From contig RXIG01000001.1 of NCBI GenBank assembly GCA_004212155.1, positions 1 through 64,000 on the forward strand: DNA of 64,000 nt. Reading direction: 5' to 3'. The notes beneath the pieces are model-generated. The model ran no database searches. It saw only the letters and a list, made by a program, of their open reading frames with translations, and was not told where the DNA came from. Source of the DNA: an archaeon (lineage in GTDB: Archaea > Methanobacteriota_B > Thermococci > Methanofastidiosales > NM3). Of the stretch, positions 28,138 through 37,738 are shown piece by piece. Every line of letters begins with the position of its first letter. Position 1 is the first letter of the stretch. The translations under genes and the position numbers were made by a program.

Positions 28138-29122
28138 TATCATATACCCTCATATGCGAGAGAGGGGCATACGGCTTGACACGCCGTGTGTTTCGTATGA
28201 TGGCTCGCTTTCCCTTCGCTTCTGCCTTCTCGTTTATAACTTGTTCATGCATCTCTTCTTGTCCGTCGTTCACGATGGCGTAGTAGTGTATCGTCCCTTC
28301 GGGCGCAAGAGCGTCAAACGCCGTGTCGAGGAACGCATGCGCTTCGTGGGGAAGGTTCATCACGATCCGGTCGGCAGCCGGAAGCTTGCGTACCATCTCG
28401 GCGGCATCACCGCATAGCGGTTCTATGCATGTTACCTTGTTTCGCAGTATATTTGCATTGAGCAGGTCGATGGCGTCTGGATTAAGGTCGATGGCGTAGA
28501 CGATCTCGGGATGCGCGCGTTTTGCGATAAAGAGTGCAAACGGTCCCACGCCGCAAAACATGTCGATTACCACCTCCCCTTCCCTCACCTGTTCTGCCAC
28601 ACGCTTTCGCTCCGTTGCGAGCCTGGGCGAGAAGAACACCTTGGCGAGGTCGACCTCGAGTTCGAGGCCGTGCTCCTTGTGGACCGTGTACGTCCGCTCC
28701 TCACCCGCGAGGTGGATGAATCTCCGAGTACGGTAGTCTCCCTCGAGGGCGCCTCCCTTGCCGAGCACCACATTGAAGTGCTTGTGGGATGCAAGGAGCG
28801 CAGCTCCTATATCCTGCGCAAAGGGCAGCAGCTCGTCCTGTATGTCCAGCACCGCTATGTCACCTATCGCATCGAATGTGTGGACCTCATCGACGAGCGC
28901 CTCGGGGAGCACGCTTTTGAGCTGTTCGCGGTATGTACGTTCTCGCGGGAGCGGTTCGAACTCCACGTCGACCATCTCGAGTCCCTCGACATCTTCGAAG
29001 ACGGGCATGTAGAGGTGGCCGTCGTCGGCAAAGATGCGGTATCCGGTCCTGAGGACGCCTTCCTCGAGGAGCCGCAGGCGGATATGTTCCCCCTGGGCCC
29101 TGGGCACGCGCACGCCCTTCAT
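28124..29122 (-). CDS. trm5: tRNA (guanine37-N1)-methyltransferase Trm5/Met-10+ family
   Basis: IGDIA, VFFSPRLATER, DMFCGVGPF, DLNP, MNLP. Confidence 0.88.
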   Translation of the reverse strand: MKGVRVPRAQGEHIRLRLLEEGVLRTGYRIFADDGHLYMPVFEDVEGLEMVDVEFEPLPRERTYREQLKSVLPEALVDEVHTFDAIGDIAVLDIQDELLPFAQDIGAALLASHKHFNVVLGKGGALEGDYRTRRFIHLAGEERTYTVHKEHGLELEVDLAKVFFSPRLATERKRVAEQVREGEVVIDMFCGVGPFALFIAKRAHPEIVYAIDLNPDAIDLLNANILRNKVTCIEPLCGDAAEMVRKLPAADRIVMNLPHEAHAFLDTAFDALAPEGTIHYYAIVNDGQEEMHEQVINEKAEAKGKRAIIRNTRRVKPYAPLSHMRVYDIKLV

Positions 29123-29709
29123 CGCCTCACCGCCTCGAACACCTTGTATCCGGCGCTGCGCGCGATGATGGTAACGTTGCCAAAGACGCGCTCCACCTCG
29201 GCGGAGAAGCTCTTTGCCCCCTGCTTCGACCGCACCACCGCATAGAACGCCCCGCCGGCCGCAAGATGCTCATGGCTCTGTTTCACCATGGCGTAGACGA
29301 CGTCCTTACCTGCACGTATGGGGGGATTGGTCACGATGACATCGAACGTCTCGTCGATGGCCTCGAGGATGTCGCTTCGGTGCACCATCACGTCGACATC
29401 GTTCTTACGGGCGTTTTTCTTAGCAATCGCCACGGCCCGCGGATTGATGTCTGAGAGATGCACGCGCGCCCCGGGATGGCGCTTCGCGATTATTATCCCT
29501 ATGGCGCCCCATCCGCATCCAAGGTCAAGCACGCTCTTGTCTTCCATCGGCGGGAGTGCGTCGATGAGGATGGCCGTACCCTTGTCGAGCTTGCCCTTGG
29601 AGAAGACGCCGGCATCGGTGTCGAAGCTGAGCGCGTGGCCGTCGATGGAAAGGTCGACTGATACGATGTCGTGTGCACCCTTGTCGTCCTGGGAGAAGTA
29701 GTGCCCCAT
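29119..29709 (-). CDS. Class I SAM methyltransferase, MTS/RsmC-like
   Basis: HYFS, GVFSKGKLDKGT, LDLGCGWG, TNPPIRAG. Confidence 0.9.
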   Translation of the reverse strand: MGHYFSQDDKGAHDIVSVDLSIDGHALSFDTDAGVFSKGKLDKGTAILIDALPPMEDKSVLDLGCGWGAIGIIIAKRHPGARVHLSDINPRAVAIAKKNARKNDVDVMVHRSDILEAIDETFDVIVTNPPIRAGKDVVYAMVKQSHEHLAAGGAFYAVVRSKQGAKSFSAEVERVFGNVTIIARSAGYKVFEAVRR

Positions 29710-29793
29710 GCTCCTTTTTTAGAATAGAAAGCTTTTTAAACGTTGGGACATTGACCTAATAAGAATCGTTTATATACTTATCAGGTGTTAACA

Positions 29794-30168
29794 ATGGGTT
29801 TTTGGCAAGGTAGGTCAAAGCGGAAGAACACTGGTGGCCGTCTCAAGACAGCGAGAACCAAGAAAAAGCGAGAGATGGGCAGTGAGTTCATCGAACCCCG
29901 CGTGGGTGACTACAGGAAGAAAGTGACACGTGGCTTCGGCGGACATAGGAAGCTCAAGATCAAGAGCGCCGAGTTCGTTAACGTGGTCACGCCCGACGGA
30001 GCCAAGCGCGTCGCCATCAGCGGCGTGGTGGAGAATCCGGCAAACATCCACTACGTGCGACGAAATGTTCTCACGAAGGGCGCCATCATCGACACCGAGG
30101 TGGGCAAGGCGCGCATCACGTCGCGTCCTGGCCAGCACGGTGTGCTCAACGCAGTGCTCATCGAGTGA
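29794..30168 (+). CDS. rps8e: 30S ribosomal protein S8e
   Basis: WQGRSKRKNTGG, RRNVLTKGAII, TSRPGQHGVLNA. Confidence 0.97.
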   Translation: MGFWQGRSKRKNTGGRLKTARTKKKREMGSEFIEPRVGDYRKKVTRGFGGHRKLKIKSAEFVNVVTPDGAKRVAISGVVENPANIHYVRRNVLTKGAIIDTEVGKARITSRPGQHGVLNAVLIE

Positions 30169-31075
30169 GCACTACGATTTCTTTTCTTCTATTCTTTATA
30201 TATTTCATATTTCGCAGTTGTACGAGCAGTACCCCTACGAACACGCACGCTATCCCCGCGGCCTTGAGCGCGTCTATCGCCTCGCCAAGAAAGATGACCG
30301 AGAGGAACGCTATTTGTATGAGCATCGTGTTTTGCAGGATGCACTGCTCATAGGCGCGTATGGACTGGAGCGCATGGTTCCACAGGTAGAACGCGAGTGC
30401 CGTGTTCACGAAGGCGAGCCAAGCGATGATCACCACCCCCTCGCGGTTTGGCGTTTGCATGTTCCCCGTGGCGCCTGTCGCTGCAAGGAGCATGAGCGAG
30501 GCAATCATCATGGGATAGCCGGTAAACGAGTAGATGTTCTCCCTATATCCCCTGAGCACGCGTCTTGAGAGCACCATGTACGTTGCCCAACCGATGCCGG
30601 AGACAATCGTTATCGCTATGCCTCGTGCATCGTTCATGGCGAGGCCCGCGTCGTTGAAGAAGAGACGGATGCCAATGAGCGTTATCGCTATGCCAACACC
30701 CTGCATCTTCGTCGGACGCTCATCAAGGAATGCGATGCCAAGCATGAGCACGAGCAGGGGATTGAAGTTGAGGATGAACGAGACGGTCACCGCAGGCAGG
30801 AAGTAGAGGCCAAAGACCTGCAACCCCTGCGCTACGGCATAGCCTGTGATGCCAAGCACGGCCAGCACGAGCAGCTTTTTTCGCCCAATTCTTCCCAGGC
30901 CATGCGCCCGGGCGGCAAGGGCGCACAAGACGACGGATGCCAACACGTAGCGGTATGTCACGAGGGCGAGCGGGTTGAGGTCCCGCAATCCCCACTTGAC
31001 CAGGATGAATGAGGATGACCACAAAAACGTCACGACCATCGACACGGCGATCGCCCGCACCCTCGCATCTCGCAT
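30158..31075 (-). CDS. DMT/EamA family transporter
   Basis: LWSSSFILVK; two EamA repeats; FLGE. Confidence 0.9.
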   Translation of the reverse strand: MRDARVRAIAVSMVVTFLWSSSFILVKWGLRDLNPLALVTYRYVLASVVLCALAARAHGLGRIGRKKLLVLAVLGITGYAVAQGLQVFGLYFLPAVTVSFILNFNPLLVLMLGIAFLDERPTKMQGVGIAITLIGIRLFFNDAGLAMNDARGIAITIVSGIGWATYMVLSRRVLRGYRENIYSFTGYPMMIASLMLLAATGATGNMQTPNREGVVIIAWLAFVNTALAFYLWNHALQSIRAYEQCILQNTMLIQIAFLSVIFLGEAIDALKAAGIACVFVGVLLVQLRNMKYIKNRRKEIVVLTR

Positions 31076-31239
31076 GTCTTACGTTCTGCCTCGCTGCATT
31101 TAAATCCTTTTTACATCGACAGGGTTAACACATAAATGCAATATCGAACATATAGCACTGGTCTTCTTTCCCCGATTGTTATACTCCTTTCCTTACCTAT
31201 TCTCTATATGCGTCTTTGTCTTATTCTCTTTGGTGTACG

Positions 31240-31490
31240 TGTATCGAACGAGCCAGGACGGACCGCACACGAGCAAGCACTTGTTCCTTGGCAGGAAGCT
31301 GGTGGAGAGCCACGAGCGCTATCAGGGACGGCGCGTAGCTGGTGGCCTGTTCATGGCAGGGGGCGGCAGCGTTGTCAACGCGGACGTGAACGCCGCATAT
31401 AACATAGTCAGAAAAGCATTCCCCAATGTGCTCGCGGAGGGGATAGAGGATGCCGGCGTGCATCCGGTACGTATGTCGCTAGGCATTGCG
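31240..31490 (+). pseudogene. IS200/IS605-family TnpB C-terminal remnant
   Basis: HTSKHLFL...YQGRRVAGGLF...VVNADVNAAYNIVRKAFPN...GVHPVR resembles the TnpB YTSK...RGLF...NADVNGAYNI RuvC-III tail; N-terminal part absent. Confidence 0.8.
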
Positions 31491-31529
31491 TGCGAATGCA
31501 CATGGAGATATAGGGCTTTTTGTGCAACG

Positions 31530-32387
31530 TTACGTTGAAAGAATGATGACGCCGCAAACCAGGGCCGCGATGCCGGCCTTTTGATTGGTCGCCATACGCT
31601 CTCCGAGGAATCGCTGCGACAGCACCACCGTCACCATCGGGAACGCTGCGCAGATCGGCGCGACGATGGAGGAGTAGTGCGCATAGACGCCGCAGCTGAA
31701 CGCAAGGTATGCGATGACCTCGAGCACGCCCACCAGCAAAATCGATGTTACGCTGCTGCGGGGAAATGACAGGGAACGCTTGCCAATGGGCGCATACGCA
31801 AGGAGCGTGAGCGTTCCGAAGGCCTTCACGCACACGACGGGAAGGAACCATCCCATTCTCCCTGTGAGAGCATCAAGCGAACTGTAGAAGATGCCTGCAA
31901 TGACGACCGTCGAAACGGCGTAATGCACACCGCGCGCAAGCCTCCGCGTCGATGAGAGGTCGGAGAGTCGAAATGAGGTGGCAATCGCCCCAGCAACAGC
32001 GAGGCAGACCCCTGCAGCCTGCACCGTCGTGAGTGATTGGCCAAAGACTAGGATACTTATCAGGAGCGTGACAATGACCCAACATGCCGAGATAGGGGTG
32101 ATGACAGAGGTCTCTCCCACTTCGAGCCCACGGTAGAACATCAGATACGCAAGGATGCCAAGCACGCCGACACCGCCGGCCTTGAGGAGAGAGACTGGGG
32201 TGACCGTCATGTCGCCCACCATCACGATATATGCCGATATGCACAGGACCATGCTGATCACATGGCTCCAAAGGAGGGTATTGAACGTGCCCTCCCTCCG
32301 GATCGCCTGTGTGGCGATGAAGTCGGCGGTACCCCAACTCACCATGGCCATGAGACCGAACATGATCCCTAGCGACATCCGTGTCAC
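31530..32387 (-). CDS. DMT/EamA family transporter
   Basis: SWGTADF, FYRGLEVG, VITPIS, FLGER; GTG start after GGAGG. Confidence 0.88.
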   Translation of the reverse strand: MTRMSLGIMFGLMAMVSWGTADFIATQAIRREGTFNTLLWSHVISMVLCISAYIVMVGDMTVTPVSLLKAGGVGVLGILAYLMFYRGLEVGETSVITPISACWVIVTLLISILVFGQSLTTVQAAGVCLAVAGAIATSFRLSDLSSTRRLARGVHYAVSTVVIAGIFYSSLDALTGRMGWFLPVVCVKAFGTLTLLAYAPIGKRSLSFPRSSVTSILLVGVLEVIAYLAFSCGVYAHYSSIVAPICAAFPMVTVVLSQRFLGERMATNQKAGIAALVCGVIILST

Positions 32388-32456
32388 CTCCTTCCATCAG
32401 TTTATCCCCCATTATAATGGCTTCAAGCGCTGGCTGGGCACGTCCCCCATACATGG

Positions 32457-32651
32457 TCATTTTTTCCCATATGGGATGGTCTCTATCGTTCGTCGTGAGG
32501 CGGAAGTGTCGTATTTTCTTACCAAGACTCCCCTTCCACAGTAGGGGCAGATGTGCTGTTCGTAGACCTCGCCTTTGCTCCCATGGTATGACCTATGGGG
32601 CACCATCTGCACGAGACATAGTTCACAGTAGGGAATGTAGCTTTCAAACAT
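32457..32651 (-). CDS. Small zinc-ribbon protein (CxxC...CxxCG), 64 aa
   Basis: CELC and CPYCG; strong GGAGGTGA SD. Confidence 0.7.
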   Translation of the reverse strand: MFESYIPYCELCLVQMVPHRSYHGSKGEVYEQHICPYCGRGVLVRKYDTSASRRTIETIPYGKK

Positions 32652-32681
32652 CTATTTCACCTCCACGCATGAAGGTCTGGG

Positions 32682-33086
32682 TCAGCGAAGGTCAACATGC
32701 CTTCGTTCCCTTTTTGGGACGGAAAGAGTGGCGATGCCATTGTTGAACGTGGCTTTAACGTGTTCGCCGGCGGCTGGTTCGTCAAGGTGGATGGTACAGG
32801 CATATCCCTTCCTTTTCTCGTCCAATGCGCCCGGCGCGGCAGCGGTCACTTCGATGTCGTCCCCTCGGACACGTATCGATACGTCGTCCTTACCTACGCC
32901 AGGAAGTTCGATCATGATGCAGTACTGGTCTCCCTCGTCGAGCACGTCATAGACAGGCGTCTCATAGCGCTCCTCGGGCACAAGCGGCCGCCTTCGCATC
33001 CTGCGCTCACCATAACGGTCCTGGAAGTACCGATCGAGCTCCTCTTCCATCTTCCTGAACTCTTCCCATGGGTCGTCCCACAGCAT
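32682..33086 (-). CDS. Hsp20/alpha-crystallin small heat shock protein
   Basis: DPWEEF, IELPGV, ATFNNGIATLSVPK; ATG after GAGGTGA. Confidence 0.9.
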   Translation of the reverse strand: MLWDDPWEEFRKMEEELDRYFQDRYGERRMRRRPLVPEERYETPVYDVLDEGDQYCIMIELPGVGKDDVSIRVRGDDIEVTAAAPGALDEKRKGYACTIHLDEPAAGEHVKATFNNGIATLSVPKRERRHVDLR

Positions 33087-33276
33087 GGCTTTCACCTCGC
33101 TTTATGGGTTATTATCCTTACTTATAGTTAAGTTAAGGAAGTATTTATATTTTTTGCCTTCCCTCATCACCGATCCGTTGATGATATCTCCCTGAAGTGT
33201 GTGCATGCACATATTAAACGCCATTTCGGAATCTTTATATTGCATCCAGACGATACTCTATCGGTGATTCACGATC

Positions 33277-33957
33277 ATGCATCCTATCATTGAGAACGCT
33301 CGAAAGGAGGGACGTCAGCTCCTCGAGTCAGAGGCAAAGGACCTCTTGTCGGAGTACGGGGTGTCGATCCCCCCTTACCGACTTGCAACGTCCGAGAACG
33401 AGGCCGCCTCCTATGCCCATGAGCTGGGATATCCCGTGGCGATGAAGATCGCATCGCCCGACATCCTTCACAAGACGGATGCAGGCGGAGTGAGGCTCAA
33501 CATCAAGAATGCGGCCGAGGCGCGCTCGGCGTTTTGCGGCCTTTACGACAGCGCTCATGACTACGATCCCGATGCGCGCGTTTCGGGAGTTCTTGTCACG
33601 CCGATGGTCCCACAAGGGGTGGAGGTCATCGTCGGCATGACGCGCGATCCCCAGTTCGGCCCCGTGGTCATGTTCGGCCTTGGGGGCATATTCGTGGAGA
33701 TATTCAAGGATGTCTCTTTTCGCGTGACCCCCTTTGAAAGGGAAGAGGCACGCTCGATGATCGAGGAGATCAAGGCCTACCCGATACTGAAGGGCGTGCG
33801 CGGCGAGAAATCAAAGGACATAGGGGCGATCAGCGAGCTCATCATGAAGGTCGCATCGTTTTCCGACGCATTCGACGAGGTGAGGGAGCTTGACCTCAAT
33901 CCCGTATTCGTCTACGAGGCCGGCGTGGCCGTGGTCGATGCCCGGATAGTCATATAG
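33277..33957 (+). CDS. acdB: Acetate/acyl-CoA ligase (ADP-forming) beta subunit
   Basis: GYPVAMKIASPDILHKTDAGGV, DPQFGPVVMFGLGG, ELDLNP, VDAR. Confidence 0.92.
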   Translation: MHPIIENARKEGRQLLESEAKDLLSEYGVSIPPYRLATSENEAASYAHELGYPVAMKIASPDILHKTDAGGVRLNIKNAAEARSAFCGLYDSAHDYDPDARVSGVLVTPMVPQGVEVIVGMTRDPQFGPVVMFGLGGIFVEIFKDVSFRVTPFEREEARSMIEEIKAYPILKGVRGEKSKDIGAISELIMKVASFSDAFDEVRELDLNPVFVYEAGVAVVDARIVI

Positions 33958-33966
33958 CGACTGCAC

Positions 33967-34281
33967 TCACTTTTCCCTAAGGAAGTGCCACGTCATGATG
34001 CGGTAGTCATCCTCGCCCTTGATGTTGGTGGCTATCGCAATCTTGACATGGTCTGGCGATTCTGTATAGGCGCTTGCGAACTTGCCGATCTCGTGCCCTT
34101 CGAGATAGATCGATCCGTCCTCTCCGAATTCCTTCAGGATGGTGTGCCCGTCCTTGGTCGTAATCTCTATGCGCGGCTGGGCCGAGAGCATGAACTTGAG
34201 CACCTCGTCCATCTGGTCTTTTTCAAGCTGAAATCCAATGTTGTTGATCTTGTCGTACTGTTTTCGTGACATCTCCTTCAT
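33967..34281 (-). CDS. Hypothetical protein
   Basis: 104 aa ORF filling the gap with typical codon usage. Confidence 0.65.
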   Translation of the reverse strand: MKEMSRKQYDKINNIGFQLEKDQMDEVLKFMLSAQPRIEITTKDGHTILKEFGEDGSIYLEGHEIGKFASAYTESPDHVKIAIATNIKGEDDYRIMTWHFLREK

Positions 34282-34496
34282 ACGGAGTCACTCGGTTTGG
34301 TAATATTTAAACTTCATGTTGTCGGAACGGTGTGCTTCGCGCGCATGTGACCTGCCCTATACAATCGCATGCCAAAATCAGTTTTTTTTTAAATAAATTG
34401 ATTATAAAGCCATATTCTTCCTTTTTCATTGAAAAGATTTTTATTGTGCGCCATTAATATATAGTAATACATCTCAAAGCATATGGGAGGATTTAT

Positions 34497-35876
34497 ATGA
34501 GATTGGATTTAGTAGTAAAAAACGGAAAAGTGGTCACAGAATCGGATACGTTCACTGCTGACATAGGGATCAAGGGCAAGAAGATAGTGAAGATAGCACA
34601 GGAGATAGATGACGACGCAGAGGAGACGATCGATGCCAAGGGCAAGTACGTTATGCCTGGCGTCATTGACGCCCATACGCACCTTCACATGCCATTCATG
34701 GGCTCGCACTCTGTCGACAACTACAAGACAGGCACCATCGCGGCGGCATGCGGCGGCGTTACATCGGTCATTGACTACGATGTGCAACAGGAAGGCGAGA
34801 CTCTCCATGAAGCCGTTGAGCGCAAGAAAAAGACCGCGTTCGACCAGGGTGTCGCCATCGACTTCTCGCTTCACCCCGGAGTCACGCAATGGGGACAGGA
34901 GACCATCGATGAGATCCCCGACCTTATCAAGAACGGCGTTCCGTCGTTCAAGGTGTTTACCGTCTACGGCGCATGGCAGGTCAAAAACGAAACGCTGCTC
35001 AAGCTGCTCGATGTCACCAAGCGTTACGGCGGGCTCGTGAACGTCCATGCTGAAAACGACGATATCATACAGATGCTCAACAAGAAGTTCGAGGAGGAAG
35101 GCACCCTCGATCCGCTGCACCATGCGCTCTCCCACCCGCCCGAGGCGGAAAAGGAGGCCGTAGAGCGGCTCATCAATCTGACAAACTACATGGACTCGCG
35201 GCTATACATCGTACACCTCTCGTCGAAGATGGGCCTCGAGGCGATCAAGCACGCCCAGACACAGGGCACAAACATCATGTGCGAGACATGCCCGCAATAC
35301 CTGTTCCTCTCGACAGACAACTTCAAGGAACCAAACTTCGAGGGAGCGAAGTACGTTATGTCACCGCCACCACGCGAAAAGGAGGACCAGGAAGCCTTGT
35401 GGACCGGGCTCAAGTTCGGATTCGTCAAGACTATCGCCACCGACCACTGCCCCTTCAACTTCAACAAGGAAAAGCAAAACGGCAAGGACGACTACAAGAA
35501 GATACCCAACGGTGCGCCGGGCATCGAGACTTCGCTGATGCTGATGTACTCGGAAGGTGTCGCAAAGGGCAGGATAACGATCAACGACCTCGTTCGCATC
35601 ATGTGTACCAACCCCGCCAAGATATTTGGCATGCAGGACAAGGGAAGCATAGCCATAGGCAAGGATGCGGATATCGTGGTCTACGACCCCGATGCGAAGT
35701 GGACCATGTCGATCGACAAGCTCCATATGAACGTGGACTACACGCCGTATGAGGGCATGCCCATCACCGGCAAGCCAGAGGTCACCATCTCGAAGGGCCG
35801 CGTCGTCGCACGCGACGGCGAGTTCGTCGGCGACACGAAGTGGGGCGAGTTTGTCAAGCGCCACCTCGACTATTGA
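34497..35876 (+). CDS. hydA: Dihydropyrimidinase / D-hydantoinase
   Basis: PGVIDAHTH, SFK, VHAEN, VHLS, ETCPQYL, TDHCPF, IPNGAPGIE. Confidence 0.93.
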   Translation: MRLDLVVKNGKVVTESDTFTADIGIKGKKIVKIAQEIDDDAEETIDAKGKYVMPGVIDAHTHLHMPFMGSHSVDNYKTGTIAAACGGVTSVIDYDVQQEGETLHEAVERKKKTAFDQGVAIDFSLHPGVTQWGQETIDEIPDLIKNGVPSFKVFTVYGAWQVKNETLLKLLDVTKRYGGLVNVHAENDDIIQMLNKKFEEEGTLDPLHHALSHPPEAEKEAVERLINLTNYMDSRLYIVHLSSKMGLEAIKHAQTQGTNIMCETCPQYLFLSTDNFKEPNFEGAKYVMSPPPREKEDQEALWTGLKFGFVKTIATDHCPFNFNKEKQNGKDDYKKIPNGAPGIETSLMLMYSEGVAKGRITINDLVRIMCTNPAKIFGMQDKGSIAIGKDADIVVYDPDAKWTMSIDKLHMNVDYTPYEGMPITGKPEVTISKGRVVARDGEFVGDTKWGEFVKRHLDY

Positions 35877-35883
35877 TCACCAC

Positions 35884-35940
35884 CCCTCTTTTTCTTTTCT
35901 TATTTTCCTTGTTCATTTTTGCAAACCATTTTCTTTTCAG
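35884..35940 (+). terminator. T-rich archaeal terminator region after hydA
   Basis: Several oligo-T tracts immediately after the stop codon. Confidence 0.55.
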
Positions 35941-36088
35941 TCTAAACTATGCTAATTTTTTAAAAAATAAAAAAATAACCAAATTTTTTTATTTTTTAGC
36001 AAAATAAATTAAAAATTATCAAGAAAAGCTTAAATAGACCTCATATCATATAGTGTATCAAGTCATTATCACGATGAGGTGAACAAGA

Positions 36089-36253
36089 ATGAACGCTGTG
36101 AAGAACTTCGGAAACGCCTTTGGCGGATTTGCATTTGTGAGAAAGGCCATTGGGCTGGCCAGTGAAAAGGACGAGAGGGACGAGCTTGGCAACTGCCAGG
36201 AACGCCTCGAGCCTTGCTACTGCGACAGGAACGTATTCAACGTATTGCATTAA
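36089..36253 (+). CDS. Small Cys-containing peptide A, 54 aa (not in ORF track)
   Basis: GAGGTGA SD; MNAVKNFGNAFGGFAFVRKAIGLASEKDERDELGNCQERLEPCYCDRNVFNVLH*. Confidence 0.7.
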   Translation: MNAVKNFGNAFGGFAFVRKAIGLASEKDERDELGNCQERLEPCYCDRNVFNVLH

Positions 36254-36267
36254 GGAGGTACAGACAC

Positions 36268-36369
36268 ATGATACACTTTAGAAGGGACACATCACTCTCT
36301 GAGTCGGTCAACAACGACTTTGTCGACTGTTCGTTTTCCGGCCGCGCCACCTTCAACGCGGTCTTCTAG
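36268..36369 (+). CDS. Small peptide B, 33 aa (not in ORF track)
   Basis: AAGGAGGT SD overlapping the stop of peptide A; MIHFRRDTSLSESVNNDFVDCSFSGRATFNAVF*. Confidence 0.65.
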   Translation: MIHFRRDTSLSESVNNDFVDCSFSGRATFNAVF

Positions 36370-36440
36370 ACCGGACGAAGGATTAACTGTCACCACGCAC
36401 GGGAGGGGGCCCTCCCCTCCCACCATTCCCGCTACATGGT

Positions 36441-37706
36441 GTGTACATGGAAGAACGGAAGGTCACATTTCGCGAAGTGTTGGGGATACCATCCTTCAGG
36501 CTGCTCTGGGTGGGTCAGCTCATATCGAACTTCGGGGACCGATTCAGCTACATGGCCGTCATGGGGCTCATTCTATTCAGGTGGGAAGGCTCTGCGCTCG
36601 ACGCGGGGATGATGTTTGTCATCATGGCCCTTCCCTCGATCTTCATAGGCCCTGTTGCCGGCGTCTTCGTGGACAGGTATGACAAGAAGAAGGTCATGAT
36701 CGTTTCCGACCTTGTGCGGGCAGCCCTCATTGCGCTGCTATCGCAGGCACAGACGCTCATGCAGGTCTATGTTCTCATATTCCTCGTCGCCGTCGTATCT
36801 CGCTTCTTCTACCCTTCGCGCAGCGCTATGATACCCGCCCTCGTGGAGAAACGCCAGCTCATCGTGGCCAACTCGCTATCGCAGTCCACCTATCAGACAT
36901 CAGCCATCCTGGGGTATGCGCTTGGTGGCATGCTCGTTGCGCTCATCGGCCCTGTGGCGGTATTTTACCTTGACAGCGTCTCATTTCTCGTTTCAGCAGT
37001 GCTCATCGCCATGATATCGTACACGGCTGTCACATCCGCCGTTGCCGATATCGGCCTGTCCCCCCTCATGCGCATACGACGCGAGTTCGTCGATGGACTC
37101 GCATACGTATACAACGACAAGCGCATCCTGTTCATCACGACGCTTTTTTCCTCCGTTCTCCTCTTCTTCGGGGGGTTAAACGTCGTATGGCTCATCCTCG
37201 TGCGCGACGTGATGGGCCTCGGTGTTGAAGGCATGGGCATCGTCGAATCCGTGCTCGGCGGCGGCATGCTGGCAGGGACGTTTTTTGTGGGAATCATCGG
37301 CCAGCGCATGGGCATACGCCCGATGCTGCTTGGCGGCACCATCGTATTCTCGCTCGCGTTCTTCGCGATTGCGGCGTTCACTGTGCTCCCGAACGTCATC
37401 ATATGGCTCTTCATAGCCGGCATCTCCAACGAGGTCATCGTGGTGCCATGCATCACGCTGCTACAGGAGATCACGCCCGAGCATATGCTTGGTCGCGTAT
37501 TCAGTGCCTTTGGAACGGCGCTTGAATCAGCAAGCCTTATCTCCATGGGCGTTCTTGGATACCTTGCGAGCACTGTCCCCGTACACTCTTTGCTCTTTGC
37601 CATGTCGGCCTGTATCCTCATGGTCGTCCTTGTTGCCTCGCTTGTCCCCGTCTCGCTCGAACGGGTGCCCCTGGAAGATGCCGCTCCTGCGCCGGCGACG
37701 GGGTAG
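36441..37706 (+). CDS. MFS transporter (DHA3/macrolide-efflux-like)
   Basis: FRLLWVGQLISNFGD, GVFVDRYDKKKVMIVSD, ANSL, LGRVFS. Confidence 0.92.
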   Translation: MYMEERKVTFREVLGIPSFRLLWVGQLISNFGDRFSYMAVMGLILFRWEGSALDAGMMFVIMALPSIFIGPVAGVFVDRYDKKKVMIVSDLVRAALIALLSQAQTLMQVYVLIFLVAVVSRFFYPSRSAMIPALVEKRQLIVANSLSQSTYQTSAILGYALGGMLVALIGPVAVFYLDSVSFLVSAVLIAMISYTAVTSAVADIGLSPLMRIRREFVDGLAYVYNDKRILFITTLFSSVLLFFGGLNVVWLILVRDVMGLGVEGMGIVESVLGGGMLAGTFFVGIIGQRMGIRPMLLGGTIVFSLAFFAIAAFTVLPNVIIWLFIAGISNEVIVVPCITLLQEITPEHMLGRVFSAFGTALESASLISMGVLGYLASTVPVHSLLFAMSACILMVVLVASLVPVSLERVPLEDAAPAPATG

Positions 37707-37738
37707 CTTTAATAAGAATTGCTGCTAAGAGGACCTAT

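Noticed and set aside
33160-33200. TGATGA...CTGA, possible C/D box sRNA
   Set aside because: Only 7 nt between the boxes and no second box pair; insufficient support
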